NCBI GenBank assembly: GCA_016180645.1
Contig: JACPAV010000002.1
Coordinates: 174,628 to 238,627, forward strand
Length of the DNA: 64,000 bases
Direction of reading: 5' to 3'
DNA from: Nitrospirota bacterium
GTDB taxonomy: Bacteria > JACPQY01
Every line of letters begins with the position of its first letter. Position 1 is the first letter of the stretch. This document shows positions 18,120-27,871 of the stretch, piece after piece. The translations under genes and the position numbers were made by a program. Under the pieces are notes generated by a model. The model had not been told where the DNA came from and ran no database searches. It worked only from the letters and a program-made list of their open reading frames with translations.

Positions 18120-19324
18120 CCGATGGTCTGGAATTGGCGCACCAGTCTGCCCGCGTCGTCCGCCCAGGCGTATTGTTTTTCGACGGCCTCACGCCCACGG
18201 GAACCGAATTCCCGGAGGACCTTGGGCTCCGACAACAGGCTGAAGGCCTCGGCGAAGGAAGGTCCATCGAAGGAACACGACAGGCCGCACTCCGTCGATC
18301 GGAGGAGGGTCGAAACATGCCGCATGGCGGAGGAGAGGACGGGACGCGAAAAATACATGTACTCGAAAACCTTGCTGGGGGAGGTCTGATGCGTGAACGG
18401 ATTGACACGGAAGGGGATGAGGCACACTTTGCACGCCTCAATCAGCTCGCCGAACCGTTGCTTCTGAACCCAACCCAACGGGGTCACCGCCTCGTCCAGT
18501 TGCAAATGGGCGACAAGGGATCGAACCTCGGTCTCCTGCTCACCCGCGCCGGCCAGGAGGAGTTTCGGCCGCCTCGCTTTGGGAATGCCCGCGACGGCGC
18601 GAATCAGGCCCGGGATGTCCTTCATGAGATCGTAAGAACCGAGGTAGCCCAGATCGAAACTGAACGGAGCAAACTCGCGGCGGCCATTCGGGCGGGGCAG
18701 GTCTCCGGGTCGAGGGGTATTGCGCACCACCGCAAGCTTGTCCTTTGCGCAACCCCGGTCTGAAAAAACCGCGATGAGCGCTTCGTCAACCATCAGAATG
18801 CGGGTCGCGCCGAAAAAACATGATTGCTCGATTTCCTCCCACAGTCGGAAAACCTCTTCTCGCTGAGACCACCAAGGTGTCGTGGCCCCCCGGATCTCCG
18901 CCAAGGCCCTGACCATCTCCGGCCAGCCCTCATGATGATAGTCCACCACGACCGGGAGGGATCGTTCCACGGCAATGCGGCACACGACGGCGCTGAGGGG
19001 GAGATCGTTCACATGCAGCACATCCGGCTTCACCTCCCGCAAGAACCGCTCGATTTCCGGGACCCAGGGGGAACGGGGCGAAAGATACGTTTCGCTGAGA
19101 AATTCCAGTGTCCAGACCTTGGAGAAGCCCGCCGGAATCGGCAGCTCCGAATAGGCGGTCCCATCGGGCGAGACACCCGCGGACGCCGCCTCCCCTCCTC
19201 CGCACAAGACGAAAATGGAGTGCCCGGATTGTTTCAGTTCATCGAGGAGCTTCCGCAACCGGATATCCGAGGCCCATGGACGCTCAGATATGACACCGAT
19301 CCGCACGGCGGTTTCCTCTCTCAA
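18116..19324 (-). CDS. glycosyltransferase, GT4-like (GT-B fold)
   Basis: SPSKVFEYMYFSRPVLSS resembles the GT4 sugar-donor binding motif; 402 aa; 4-bp overlap with downstream gene. Confidence 0.6.
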   Translation of the reverse strand: MREETAVRIGVISERPWASDIRLRKLLDELKQSGHSIFVLCGGGEAASAGVSPDGTAYSELPIPAGFSKVWTLEFLSETYLSPRSPWVPEIERFLREVKPDVLHVNDLPLSAVVCRIAVERSLPVVVDYHHEGWPEMVRALAEIRGATTPWWSQREEVFRLWEEIEQSCFFGATRILMVDEALIAVFSDRGCAKDKLAVVRNTPRPGDLPRPNGRREFAPFSFDLGYLGSYDLMKDIPGLIRAVAGIPKARRPKLLLAGAGEQETEVRSLVAHLQLDEAVTPLGWVQKQRFGELIEACKVCLIPFRVNPFTHQTSPSKVFEYMYFSRPVLSSAMRHVSTLLRSTECGLSCSFDGPSFAEAFSLLSEPKVLREFGSRGREAVEKQYAWADDAGRLVRQFQTIG

Positions 19325-19371
19325 GTTTCATCCGACCGGAGGATACCCTCGATCGTGCCGGGACCGGCCGG

Positions 19372-20469
19372 CTAGTTTCCACGTGGGAAGCCCGGCGACT
19401 CCGCAAAAATATTGCGGTTGAGCGCCTCGCCCACGTAACCCGTGTACTCTCCCAACGATCCCAATCTCCTTGCGCCGGTATCGTCCCGGATGCCGTATCC
19501 AAGGCCGGTCAAGGCGTCCCATACTCGCTCAAGATTGTTTCGATACCGGCTCACTTCGATGTAGAGCCGCGGCCGGAATCGGGACAGGACCTGCGCGGCC
19601 CCTTCAAGAACATCCGCCTCGCCCCCATCGACATCGATCTTGATGAAATCGAGCCGATCCATCCCCCGTTCGGACACGAACGAGTCCAAAGTAATCTGGG
19701 GTACGATCTCCACGGGCCCCAGCGTTGCAATCTGCAGATAGTCCTGACCGGGAATCATCCCGTGTTCCCTGACCCATCGTTCGATCTCCCATCGGAACAT
19801 CCCCGTGATCAGGACGGTTGAGCCGGGACGGGGGCGGAAACCGTCCAGAAGATTGTAGACCGGCAGTCCCTCCAACGTCCCACCGGACTTCGCGTAGGTG
19901 TCCATGAACCCGAGAATGTTGTGAGACGGATCCGAGCGGAGAAACTGGAAAAGCTCGCGCGCAGATCCACCCGTGGAATAGATGTAGACGCCCGTCTTCA
20001 GCCGATCCGCAAGCAGACGGTTGACTTGCGGATCCCAGTGGGTCTCCGGCGAGCCATCGGTGTAGAAGCCTGCCGTCGATCCGGTCCACCCGGAGTGGAC
20101 CAACGTGGCCGACCCTTTCCTGGCCCCGACCGCCCCGCGCACCAACTGGACGCGAGGTCCGGCATCGTTGGCTTGAACATTCTGTATCAGAAGTCGGGAG
20201 TATGTGGAGGAAGGCTCGAAACTGTAGACCCGCCCCGCCGCGCCCACCCGCAGGGCGGCCGCTACGGTGAACCACCCGATGTTGGCCCCGATATCCACGA
20301 AGACCTCTCCGGATCTCAGTCTGGAGATGCACCCCCCCACGTCATCCGGGAGCGGACATTCCTGGACCAGGGGCGTTCCCGGACGGATGCACATGGATAG
20401 CCGGACCGACTCCAGCGCGACAGAATCCATATCAGACGGCCTCTCTCCGCCGACCACCCCATGGGTCAC
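19372..20469 (-). CDS. FkbM-family methyltransferase with an inserted Rossmann-like domain
   Basis: FVDIGANIGWFTV and DFIKIDVDGGE FkbM-type motifs, split by about 110 aa (VYIYSTGGSARELF...ILGFMD...VLITG) resembling a PglD/NeuD-type N-terminal nucleotide-binding domain. Confidence 0.6.
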   Translation of the reverse strand: MTHGVVGGERPSDMDSVALESVRLSMCIRPGTPLVQECPLPDDVGGCISRLRSGEVFVDIGANIGWFTVAAALRVGAAGRVYSFEPSSTYSRLLIQNVQANDAGPRVQLVRGAVGARKGSATLVHSGWTGSTAGFYTDGSPETHWDPQVNRLLADRLKTGVYIYSTGGSARELFQFLRSDPSHNILGFMDTYAKSGGTLEGLPVYNLLDGFRPRPGSTVLITGMFRWEIERWVREHGMIPGQDYLQIATLGPVEIVPQITLDSFVSERGMDRLDFIKIDVDGGEADVLEGAAQVLSRFRPRLYIEVSRYRNNLERVWDALTGLGYGIRDDTGARRLGSLGEYTGYVGEALNRNIFAESPGFPRGN

Positions 20470-20478
20470 GATTCACAT

Positions 20479-21297
20479 TCACCCCGCGAAGGAATCCCCG
20501 TCACGCTTCAAGAAAGCCGCGGAGTGCGGGCGAATTCCATGTCCACTCCGACCCGCGGGAAGTCCCGCCTCCGGGGCCAAGGCCGATGGGCCGAGAGCCT
20601 TTTCCACGAAGAACAGGAACCTTCGCGGATGCACGAGCGAAGGTACCTGCGAAGCCCGCAGCGAACGCTCGTTTTTCAGCGCAGGGTACTTTCGGATATG
20701 GTCGCGATGGACAAACAGCAAGATGTTCTGCGCATACCACCATTCCACGCGCGGATCCGACCAGATACGCGGCCGGATACAATCCAGTGCCGAGAATCCG
20801 GCGCGATCAAACAGCCTGGCCCACCACATCGGCCACCGTTCGTGCACGTGCTCCGGCCCACCCTGAAAGGGCGAGGCTGCCGAGAAGAGCACCACTGGCG
20901 CGTGCCGTGTCAGGCTCCGCACGAGATTCGCGCCTCCCTTTGGCGCCAAGTGCTCGCCGACCTCCACGGAGACGGCCAGATCGAACCGCTCATGAAGGCG
21001 GATGGGCTCCGCCAAGTTCCCCGGGCGAAAGAACTCGTAAGGCAGGTGGAATGTTTCAGCCGTGACATAGGGACCGTCCACCCCCACCAGCCGCTCCGCT
21101 CCGTATTTCCTGAAGGCATGGAGCCACTTGCCGTCGTTGCAGCCCAGATCGAGGACGGATTTGGGTGCTATCCATTTCATCACCATGGGAACGACAACGT
21201 CCTGAGAGCCCAGCCGGGGAGGGCCGCATAACTTGGGCGCTGTCAGGAACTCCTGCGTGTAGTAGGGCGAAACGGATCCGCTCGCCGATCTCGTCAT
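20479..21297 (-). CDS. class I SAM-dependent methyltransferase
   Basis: VLDLGCNDGKWL motif I and downstream acidic motif; 272 aa. Confidence 0.6.
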   Translation of the reverse strand: MTRSASGSVSPYYTQEFLTAPKLCGPPRLGSQDVVVPMVMKWIAPKSVLDLGCNDGKWLHAFRKYGAERLVGVDGPYVTAETFHLPYEFFRPGNLAEPIRLHERFDLAVSVEVGEHLAPKGGANLVRSLTRHAPVVLFSAASPFQGGPEHVHERWPMWWARLFDRAGFSALDCIRPRIWSDPRVEWWYAQNILLFVHRDHIRKYPALKNERSLRASQVPSLVHPRRFLFFVEKALGPSALAPEAGLPAGRSGHGIRPHSAAFLKRDGDSFAG

Positions 21298-21331
21298 GGC
21301 AGCCCCCCTCCCGGAATATGCTTCTGCGCGC

Positions 21332-22762
21332 TCATAATGCAGCCTCCTCCGCTAAATGATCCTCCGTGGGGAGAGACCTCTCCCAATCCGTCTCCGCGGG
21401 CATCGGCTCGGCGGAACCCAATCCCAGGGCGAAGTACTCCAGCCCCGCTCGGCCTTCGAGTTGCCGCCGGAGAACTCTCCAAGCGTCCACGACAACGCTC
21501 GGAAACCCCGGGGTCCCCCATGACTTCAGGTCCATGCTCATGAACTCGTCCATCGGGTGACACACCACCACCCCTCGCGCTCCCCGCACCGCCTGCTCCA
21601 GTGAGTCGGCGTACGTCACCGCAGTGCCCAGGAGACCCCGGGCGGATTCGATGGCCAGAGCGTCATAGACCACGACGCGCCGACCCGAAGAGGCCAGGCG
21701 CCGGGCAATCGCCAGCCCCTGCGACTCCTCCACCACCATCGTGTTCGGTTTGTAGGCCAAGCCCAGAACCGCCACCGTGTCCTCCGGAGCAAGTTTCGAC
21801 TGCACCAGAGCCACGATTCTCTCCACCTGGCGCCGATTGAATCGATCCGTGGCCAGCGGCAGGCTGTCCGGACACCCGAGCTTCTTCTGAAGAAAACTTA
21901 TCGCCAGGTTGTCGCGAGGAAAACACGGGCCTCCGTACCCCATCCCCCCTTTCAGGAACCGCGGACCGATGCGCGAATCGCGGCCCAGGGCCTGTGTGAC
22001 GGTATCCACGTCCCCTCCCGGCAATTTCTCGCAGATTTCAGTCAACATGTTGGCAAAGCTGATCTTCATCGTGACGTACGTGTTCACCGCCAATTTCGCC
22101 AGCTCGGCATTCTCGAAATTCATCCGCACGACCGGAGGATCATTCTGGAGCCGGCGCCGGTACAAATCCTCGAGCCACCGGCCAGCGCGCTCGTCCCCCT
22201 GACCGATCAGAACGAAATCGGGGTTCAGAAAATCGTGGATCACGCTCCCCAACGCGATGAATTCCGGGCTGTAGCACAGGCCGAAATCGGAACCGCAGAT
22301 CCGGCCTGAACTGCGCTCCAGGAGCCGACGTATCGGCCCCCGGGTGGCGCCCGGCAGAACCGTGCTGCTGATGACAAACAGGTGGTAGCCCCGCTTCCGG
22401 GAGAGGGCCTCCCCCGCTTTCTCCAGCGCCGGCTCCAGGAATCTCAAAGAGAACCCCCCATCCGCGTCGGAGGGCGTCGGGAGAACAAAGAACGTGACCT
22501 GGGTCCCGCGGACCGCTTCGGCCAGATCGGCGGTGGCGGTCAGGCGGCTCCTGGAATCCGCGATTGCCTCTCCAAGTCGGGGCTCGTACAGAGGGGCTTT
22601 CCCTTCCCGAATCGATTGCACAACATCGGGACGGATGTCCACGCCCACCACGGTCGATCCTCGCCAGGCCATGCAGGCCGCCATACACGCCCCCAATTTC
22701 CCAAGACCGACCACGGATACGGGATCGAGGCATTCCGCGGGGGGGACCCCTTCGTCACGCAT
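21332..22762 (-). CDS. nucleotide-sugar dehydrogenase (UDP-glucose/GDP-mannose dehydrogenase family)
   Basis: N-terminal VVGLGKLG Rossmann motif, GGPCFPRD catalytic-cysteine region, C-terminal UDP-binding domain. Start set to ATG (MRDEG) at 22762. Confidence 0.75.
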   Translation of the reverse strand: MRDEGVPPAECLDPVSVVGLGKLGACMAACMAWRGSTVVGVDIRPDVVQSIREGKAPLYEPRLGEAIADSRSRLTATADLAEAVRGTQVTFFVLPTPSDADGGFSLRFLEPALEKAGEALSRKRGYHLFVISSTVLPGATRGPIRRLLERSSGRICGSDFGLCYSPEFIALGSVIHDFLNPDFVLIGQGDERAGRWLEDLYRRRLQNDPPVVRMNFENAELAKLAVNTYVTMKISFANMLTEICEKLPGGDVDTVTQALGRDSRIGPRFLKGGMGYGGPCFPRDNLAISFLQKKLGCPDSLPLATDRFNRRQVERIVALVQSKLAPEDTVAVLGLAYKPNTMVVEESQGLAIARRLASSGRRVVVYDALAIESARGLLGTAVTYADSLEQAVRGARGVVVCHPMDEFMSMDLKSWGTPGFPSVVVDAWRVLRRQLEGRAGLEYFALGLGSAEPMPAETDWERSLPTEDHLAEEAAL

Positions 22763-23888
22763 CGTTGACCCCCTCCGCGAACGGTTCGAGAGGCACGGCG
22801 CCCGCGAAAGGAACTTTTCCACCTGCCGTTTCAACCTGCGCGGAATGGGCCACCCGTCGCCTCGCGCCGACGGATTTCACCTCCCGCCACCGGGCCACAA
22901 GATCCCGCGCGCGTTCGAGATACGTGTGGTCCGCTCTCACTCGCCTGCAACCCGAACGCGCTATCTTCTCACGCTCCGAATCCCGCTCCAGATAGTGACG
23001 GACGAGAGAGGGGATCTCCGCAGGATCCCGGTAGGTCACCACGTCCCTTCCGGCGTCGAAGAAGCGCGCCAATTCCTCTTTGTGCGGGGTGACCACCATG
23101 CACCCGTTCCCCATCGCCTGGAAAACCCGATCCGAAATCACGCCATCCTCATCGTTGGCGTCCACGCAGATCCGGGTTTCGCCGTACATCCCATAGACGG
23201 CCCGAGTGTCTTCCAGACGCCCCCGGTAGGATTGGCGCAGGCCTGAGCGGTCGATCGCGGGCTGCCCCGCGGACCCAAACAGATCCAGCCCCAGCGATTG
23301 AAGATTCAACAGCGCCCGCTGCCTCCATCCCCCCTCCTCGCGCACGTTTCCCACGAAGGCCACCTTTCTGACCCGGCCCTCTCCGGGCGGAACGGAAATG
23401 AGGCTGTCGAACGCGTTTGGAAGATAGAAGGCCCGGCCCGCGAGCGCGCGAACCCGCGTCGCATCCTGCTCCCGGTGCATCGCGAAACAGTTCCGTTCGG
23501 ACCCCACCAACACCTGGAATATTCGACTCCGAATCGAGCCGTCCCCTCGAAGATACCCCGACACGAGATCGTCCACGTAGGTCACGCTCCGGAACCCCCA
23601 GGCGTCAAAGAGCGAGCAGAGCCTTCCGCGATTCTCGGCGACGAGGCATGCGTTCAGATTGCACCCCAGAACAAAGTCGACCTCGGCTCGTTCAAGATAC
23701 CGCCTGAGCGCGCCCAGAAGGGACTCACGATGCGCGGCCAGAAGCGAGAGAAGCTTCGAACGATCGAACAGGTGGACCCGGTGTCCTCCCACGCCCAGGG
23801 CGCGCGCCAACCCCCCGATGATTCCCGCCTCCGCGTACCAACTCGACGGATCCGTGATGACCGCGACGGAAAGTTTCCTATGAGGCAT
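22755..23888 (-). CDS. CgeB-family glycosyltransferase-like protein
   Basis: C-terminal DRVFQAMGNGCMVVT segment typical of CgeB/DUF3880-type GT1-like proteins. Start set to ATG (MPHRKLSVAVI) at 23888; the track's 5-prime extension is less plausible. Confidence 0.5.
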   Translation of the reverse strand: MPHRKLSVAVITDPSSWYAEAGIIGGLARALGVGGHRVHLFDRSKLLSLLAAHRESLLGALRRYLERAEVDFVLGCNLNACLVAENRGRLCSLFDAWGFRSVTYVDDLVSGYLRGDGSIRSRIFQVLVGSERNCFAMHREQDATRVRALAGRAFYLPNAFDSLISVPPGEGRVRKVAFVGNVREEGGWRQRALLNLQSLGLDLFGSAGQPAIDRSGLRQSYRGRLEDTRAVYGMYGETRICVDANDEDGVISDRVFQAMGNGCMVVTPHKEELARFFDAGRDVVTYRDPAEIPSLVRHYLERDSEREKIARSGCRRVRADHTYLERARDLVARWREVKSVGARRRVAHSAQVETAGGKVPFAGAVPLEPFAEGVNDA

Positions 23889-24110
23889 AGATCCGAAAAA
23901 AGCTTGGAAAACAGAAATCCCAGGTCTCGGATCCAAGCCGGACCGTGAAGGGAGGAATGGGCCGCGTTTCACCCGCCTTCCCCCCCATGATGCCCCGCTC
24001 CTTCAAGGACCGGGCCAGTTCCGCGGAGGCATCCGCGACGGGCGATCCTCCTTTCCGCCGTAAAGGTTCCCCCCGAGCCGCACTTGGTCTGGAACGGAAG
24101 ATCCGGCGTT

Positions 24111-25148
24111 TCATAGCCGGCGATACTCGACCATGAGGGCATCCACGATCTTGCGGGGGTGCCAGTGCTGAACCATGAACTCCCGCGAGTTCCTTCCGGT
24201 TTCCATGCGATGGTCCCCATCCGAGATCAGCCGCCCGAGCACGGTTTCAAGCTCGGCCGAATCCCCCGCGGCCAGCCAAGGCAGTGCATCGGTTCCCGCA
24301 AACCGCGCCGCCTCCGAGCGGGTCCTCTCCGCCAGACGGGCAATGGTGGGGGTGCCTTGGCTCAAAGCTTCGAGCGACGACACGCCGAAGTATCCCTGCA
24401 AATGATCGAAAAAGATGTGGCAGTTTCGCTTCCGCTCCAGGCACTCGGAGTGGGGGACGTTTTCAATGAGGTCGAGGTCCAGGAAACCGTTGTATCGGGC
24501 CTTGAGACCCGCGTAGACGCGCACCAGGAGTTCGGTGTCCTTGATCTCCTTCTTGGTCGGCGACTGACCGATTCTTACTCGTGACTCGTGAGTCGCGACT
24601 CGTGACTCGTGGGGAAGGTAGAGTGGATCGTCGATGGGAACGAGATTGGGTATCCACGTGGCCTCCGGAAGAAAATCCAAGAGGTCCGGCGTGCTGACCA
24701 GAAATGTTCTTCGAGAACTCTGCGCGCGGAATCGAGCCGGATCGGATCGAAGGGGCTCGCCATGTTGATGGTAGATCGCCCTTTTCCCCTTCATGAAATC
24801 CTTGGCCCTGAAAGGACCCAGAGGCGTTTCCTCATCGGCAAAGGCGTGAAAGTGAAAGAGATCGGCATCGCGGAGAACCTGTTCGATCTCCTCCACGTTC
24901 GAGGTTCGATGACCTCCACGAAGGGGGAAATGCCGCGGGAGGGCAGGAGCCCGGAGCGGCCGTTCGACATCCGACGATTCCGGAACATGGATGTCCTTCC
25001 TGTAGTTGAAGTTGTATTTGACGGCCGTGGTCACCAGACGGCAGGAATGTTCGGTGTGACGGTTGATCGCATCGGTGAAGGCGATCCCCATCCCGGCGGG
25101 ATCATTGGTGCAAATCATGAGGATGCGCATCCCAATTCCCCTCGGCAC
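24111..25148 (-). CDS. glycosyltransferase-like protein carrying an in-frame heptanucleotide repeat
   Basis: C-terminal SSLEALSQGTPTIA region resembles a GT-B donor-binding motif; contains HESRVATHESRV encoded by the tandem heptamer array. Confidence 0.5.
   Translation of the reverse strand: MPRGIGMRILMICTNDPAGMGIAFTDAINRHTEHSCRLVTTAVKYNFNYRKDIHVPESSDVERPLRAPALPRHFPLRGGHRTSNVEEIEQVLRDADLFHFHAFADEETPLGPFRAKDFMKGKRAIYHQHGEPLRSDPARFRAQSSRRTFLVSTPDLLDFLPEATWIPNLVPIDDPLYLPHESRVATHESRVRIGQSPTKKEIKDTELLVRVYAGLKARYNGFLDLDLIENVPHSECLERKRNCHIFFDHLQGYFGVSSLEALSQGTPTIARLAERTRSEAARFAGTDALPWLAAGDSAELETVLGRLISDGDHRMETGRNSREFMVQHWHPRKIVDALMVEYRRL
24577..24611. repeat. tandem heptanucleotide array (ACTCGTG x2, AGTCGCG, ACTCGTG x2) inside a coding region
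   Basis: Five adjacent 7-nt units read directly; central GAGTCGCGACTC is palindromic; encodes HESRVATHESRV in frame. Confidence 0.7.
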
Positions 25149-25152
25149 GTCC

Positions 25153-27099
25153 TCAGAGAAAGCGGCTCAGGCGGCTGAGGGCCTCCAGCGCCCGTTTCCC
25201 TTTCCACTGGTGGCCGCGCCAGATCTCGGGGACGAACCCCTCGTCGTAGTCTTTCAATTCGCCGAATACGGCTTCGAAGGGAATCTCACCCTCGCCGATT
25301 TGGACTCCCTCCCCATGCACGCCATGGGCGTCCGCCACGTGCAAGTGGCGAATGTAGGGCCTCACCGCGCGGACGAAAGAAACAATGTCCTTGCCGACGT
25401 GCTTGCAGTAGAGCTGGGCATGCGACGTATCCAAACAGATGTTGAACTTCGTTTCCGCGCAAAACGCGGCGATCTCTTCGGGATTCAGAAAAAGGTAGCC
25501 CGTCCATTGGCCCCCGAAATACCACGGAAAGGGCGGCAGGTTCTCGAGGAGGACTTCCACTCCGGTCGTGTCAAGCCGGCGGAGGGAGTCGATGAATCGG
25601 CCCGACATTCCATTCGCGCCGGGATATCCATTCAGACTCATCCCCCCCGGATGGAGGATCACTTTGGGCTTCGACCCGTGATTGAAGGAAGGACCCATCT
25701 TCCGAGCCATGTTGATCACGCGCTGAGCCACGGAAATCGAGCACTGGCGGGTGGCCATGTCTTTCGATGCCAGATCGAGAATGACGTCTCCGTCGTACTC
25801 GGGGGCATGAACGACAAGGTTCTGGGGAAATCGACCCGGGGGCGGCTCGATCTCCAAGTCGCGGTCCGTCATGTGGAATTCGAAGAGGTCGGGCTTGTAT
25901 TCGACAAACTTGTCCACGTCCGTCACCCGGACGATCAAGCCCCACTTCTTGGAGCTGACGGGGCGGGCCATCGGCGCCTCCGGCTCCCTCAGATCGTCCT
26001 CCACAAAAAGCTCACCCGCCATCATGTCCCGATGTGCGGTTCTCCCGATGAGCTGGTCGGCCAGATGGGGCGAGAGGCCTTTCCCCGGCCCCATGACGGT
26101 GATTTTGTCCTGCGTGATGACCTCGCCGATCTTGATATCGGCGGCGGCCACGAGGCTCTTGGCGAACAGCTCCCGATTGAGCTGTTCTCCCTGAGTCATT
26201 CGCTTGACGCCGGTGCCCAAGCACTCCTCCACAACGCGTATCCCATGAACCAAGCGGGCAAATTCATCTTTCTCGAGACTGACTTTGTGGTCGGGCCCCC
26301 ACGCCGTCCGATCATGCGTGAAATGTTTTTCGACAATCCGCGCGCCGCGCGCGACGGCGGCGAGTGAAACTTCGATCCCGCGGTCGTGCCCCGAGTAGCC
26401 TACGGTGACCCCGAACTTCTGGAGTTCATCCATGACTTTCAGATTCACTTCCCGGTAGAGGGCCGGATACAGGCTTACGCAATGGAGAATGGCGAATTCG
26501 GCTCTTTTCGATTTGAGGAAGTTCACCGTGCCTTCGATTTCCGGCATGAGCGACATCCCGGTGGAGAGAAGAAGCGGTTTCCCATGGGCGGACATTCTCG
26601 CCAGCAGCGGCCAATTGGTGAGATCCGCCGACGAGACCTTGAAGGCCTGCACCCCCAGTTGGGCGACAAAGTCCACGCTGGGCGGATCGAAGGCCGTGCA
26701 CAGAAGTTCGATTTCCAGCTCCCGACAGCGTTCGGCCAGCCGCGAGTAGGCTTCTTCATCCAGCTCCACCCGGCGGAGGATCGGGATCATGTACTGAAAG
26801 TGTCTCTCGTGCTGGATCACCTGCTCCAGCACGTCGGAGGTGTAAAGGGATTTCAGATCGCGCTTTTGGAACTTGACGGCATCGGCGCCTGCCGCCTTGG
26901 CGTCCTCAATCAGGCGAAGAGCAAGGTCCTCGCTCCCATTATGATTGATTCCTATTTCGGCGATGACGAAGGTTCGCTGCCCTTCGCCGATGAGCCGCCG
27001 GCCTATCCTAAGAGGATCCGGCACGCTCCGCTCCAGCCAAGGAAGGCGCGGTCCCTCACGCCATGGGGCCACGACGGCCCCGCGCCGACAGGCGCACAT
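25153..27099 (-). CDS. NeuB-family nonulosonate synthase fused to a C-terminal xylose-isomerase-like TIM-barrel domain
   Basis: N-terminal FVIAEIGINHNGS and SAF-like IKIGEVITQDKITVMGPGKG of NeuB-type synthases; C-terminal about 300 aa with LLENLP, DTSHA, HLHVAD, GEGEIPF resembling sugar-phosphate isomerase/epimerase TIM barrels; 648 aa. Confidence 0.65.
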   Translation of the reverse strand: MCACRRGAVVAPWREGPRLPWLERSVPDPLRIGRRLIGEGQRTFVIAEIGINHNGSEDLALRLIEDAKAAGADAVKFQKRDLKSLYTSDVLEQVIQHERHFQYMIPILRRVELDEEAYSRLAERCRELEIELLCTAFDPPSVDFVAQLGVQAFKVSSADLTNWPLLARMSAHGKPLLLSTGMSLMPEIEGTVNFLKSKRAEFAILHCVSLYPALYREVNLKVMDELQKFGVTVGYSGHDRGIEVSLAAVARGARIVEKHFTHDRTAWGPDHKVSLEKDEFARLVHGIRVVEECLGTGVKRMTQGEQLNRELFAKSLVAAADIKIGEVITQDKITVMGPGKGLSPHLADQLIGRTAHRDMMAGELFVEDDLREPEAPMARPVSSKKWGLIVRVTDVDKFVEYKPDLFEFHMTDRDLEIEPPPGRFPQNLVVHAPEYDGDVILDLASKDMATRQCSISVAQRVINMARKMGPSFNHGSKPKVILHPGGMSLNGYPGANGMSGRFIDSLRRLDTTGVEVLLENLPPFPWYFGGQWTGYLFLNPEEIAAFCAETKFNICLDTSHAQLYCKHVGKDIVSFVRAVRPYIRHLHVADAHGVHGEGVQIGEGEIPFEAVFGELKDYDEGFVPEIWRGHQWKGKRALEALSRLSRFL

Positions 27100-27144
27100 T
27101 TGTCTCCCAGCGTGAGGGGCCGACTTTGCATCGGCGTATTCGCG

Positions 27145-27759
27145 CTACAGCTGAATGACACAAATCCCTCCCTGTTCCAGCCCCTTGACCTGTTCCAGGA
27201 TCTCGTTCTTGCGCGCGAAGGAGGTGATGATCACGCCGTCCGGGCTCAGCTCCCTGATGGAATCCGGACGCGAGACCTTCCATTGCCCGAAGGATTGCCC
27301 CCATTTGCGTTCATCGTTGTCCACCACGCCAACAATCTCCACCGGAACGTTGCGAAGGGCCGCGCTGACCACTTCTCCCGTTTCCGAGGCCCCAAACAGA
27401 ACCACTCGGCGGATATGCCCGTTCAGATGTTTCTGTACCGCCCGCTGGATGGCGCCCTTGATGTACGAATAAGCCCGCACCAGCTCGACGGACGACTCCA
27501 TCAGAAAATTCATCCTGGCTTCGTTCCCCAGTGGAGTGACTTGGTACGTCATCCTCTTTCTTGAGAGTTCCTCCTTGGCAATCCACCCCTTCCGGATGCC
27601 TTCGTCGATGTAGTAATTGACTTGGGCGCTGGAGACGCCGACCAGTCCGGACAACTTGTGTTGGCTCAAGTTCGGATTCTCGCTGAGAAAATTCAGGAGA
27701 TAGAGCAACTTAAACTTGTGTGTGGGTTTCCAGCATGAGAAGCTGGAGAATTCTTTCAT
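27145..27759 (-). CDS. winged-helix transcriptional regulator with C-terminal Rossmann/CoA-binding-like domain (Rex-like architecture)
   Basis: N-terminal wHTH-like segment (LSQHKLSGLVGVSSAQVNYYI) and C-terminal RVVLFGASETGEVV...VGVVDNDERKWG. Start set to ATG (MKEFSSF) at 27759; first gene after the AT-rich gap. Confidence 0.45.
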   Translation of the reverse strand: MKEFSSFSCWKPTHKFKLLYLLNFLSENPNLSQHKLSGLVGVSSAQVNYYIDEGIRKGWIAKEELSRKRMTYQVTPLGNEARMNFLMESSVELVRAYSYIKGAIQRAVQKHLNGHIRRVVLFGASETGEVVSAALRNVPVEIVGVVDNDERKWGQSFGQWKVSRPDSIRELSPDGVIITSFARKNEILEQVKGLEQGGICVIQL

Positions 27760-27842
27760 GTCTATTCGCAATCCTTCCTTAGTTGCGGCCCTTTCGGCAC
27801 CGGGGATTATCCCCCGGATGCTATCCTTAGCAATTCCTTTGA

Positions 27843-27871
27843 GTCTATTACAACATATGGTGGTTTGTCAA
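27843..27871 (-). promoter_or_regulatory. possible promoter for the regulator gene: TTGACA with weak -10 (TAATAG)
   Basis: Minus-strand TTGACAAACCACCATATGTTGTAATAG; overlaps the 10-mer AACGAACAAA shared with the 15371 operator region. Confidence 0.25.
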
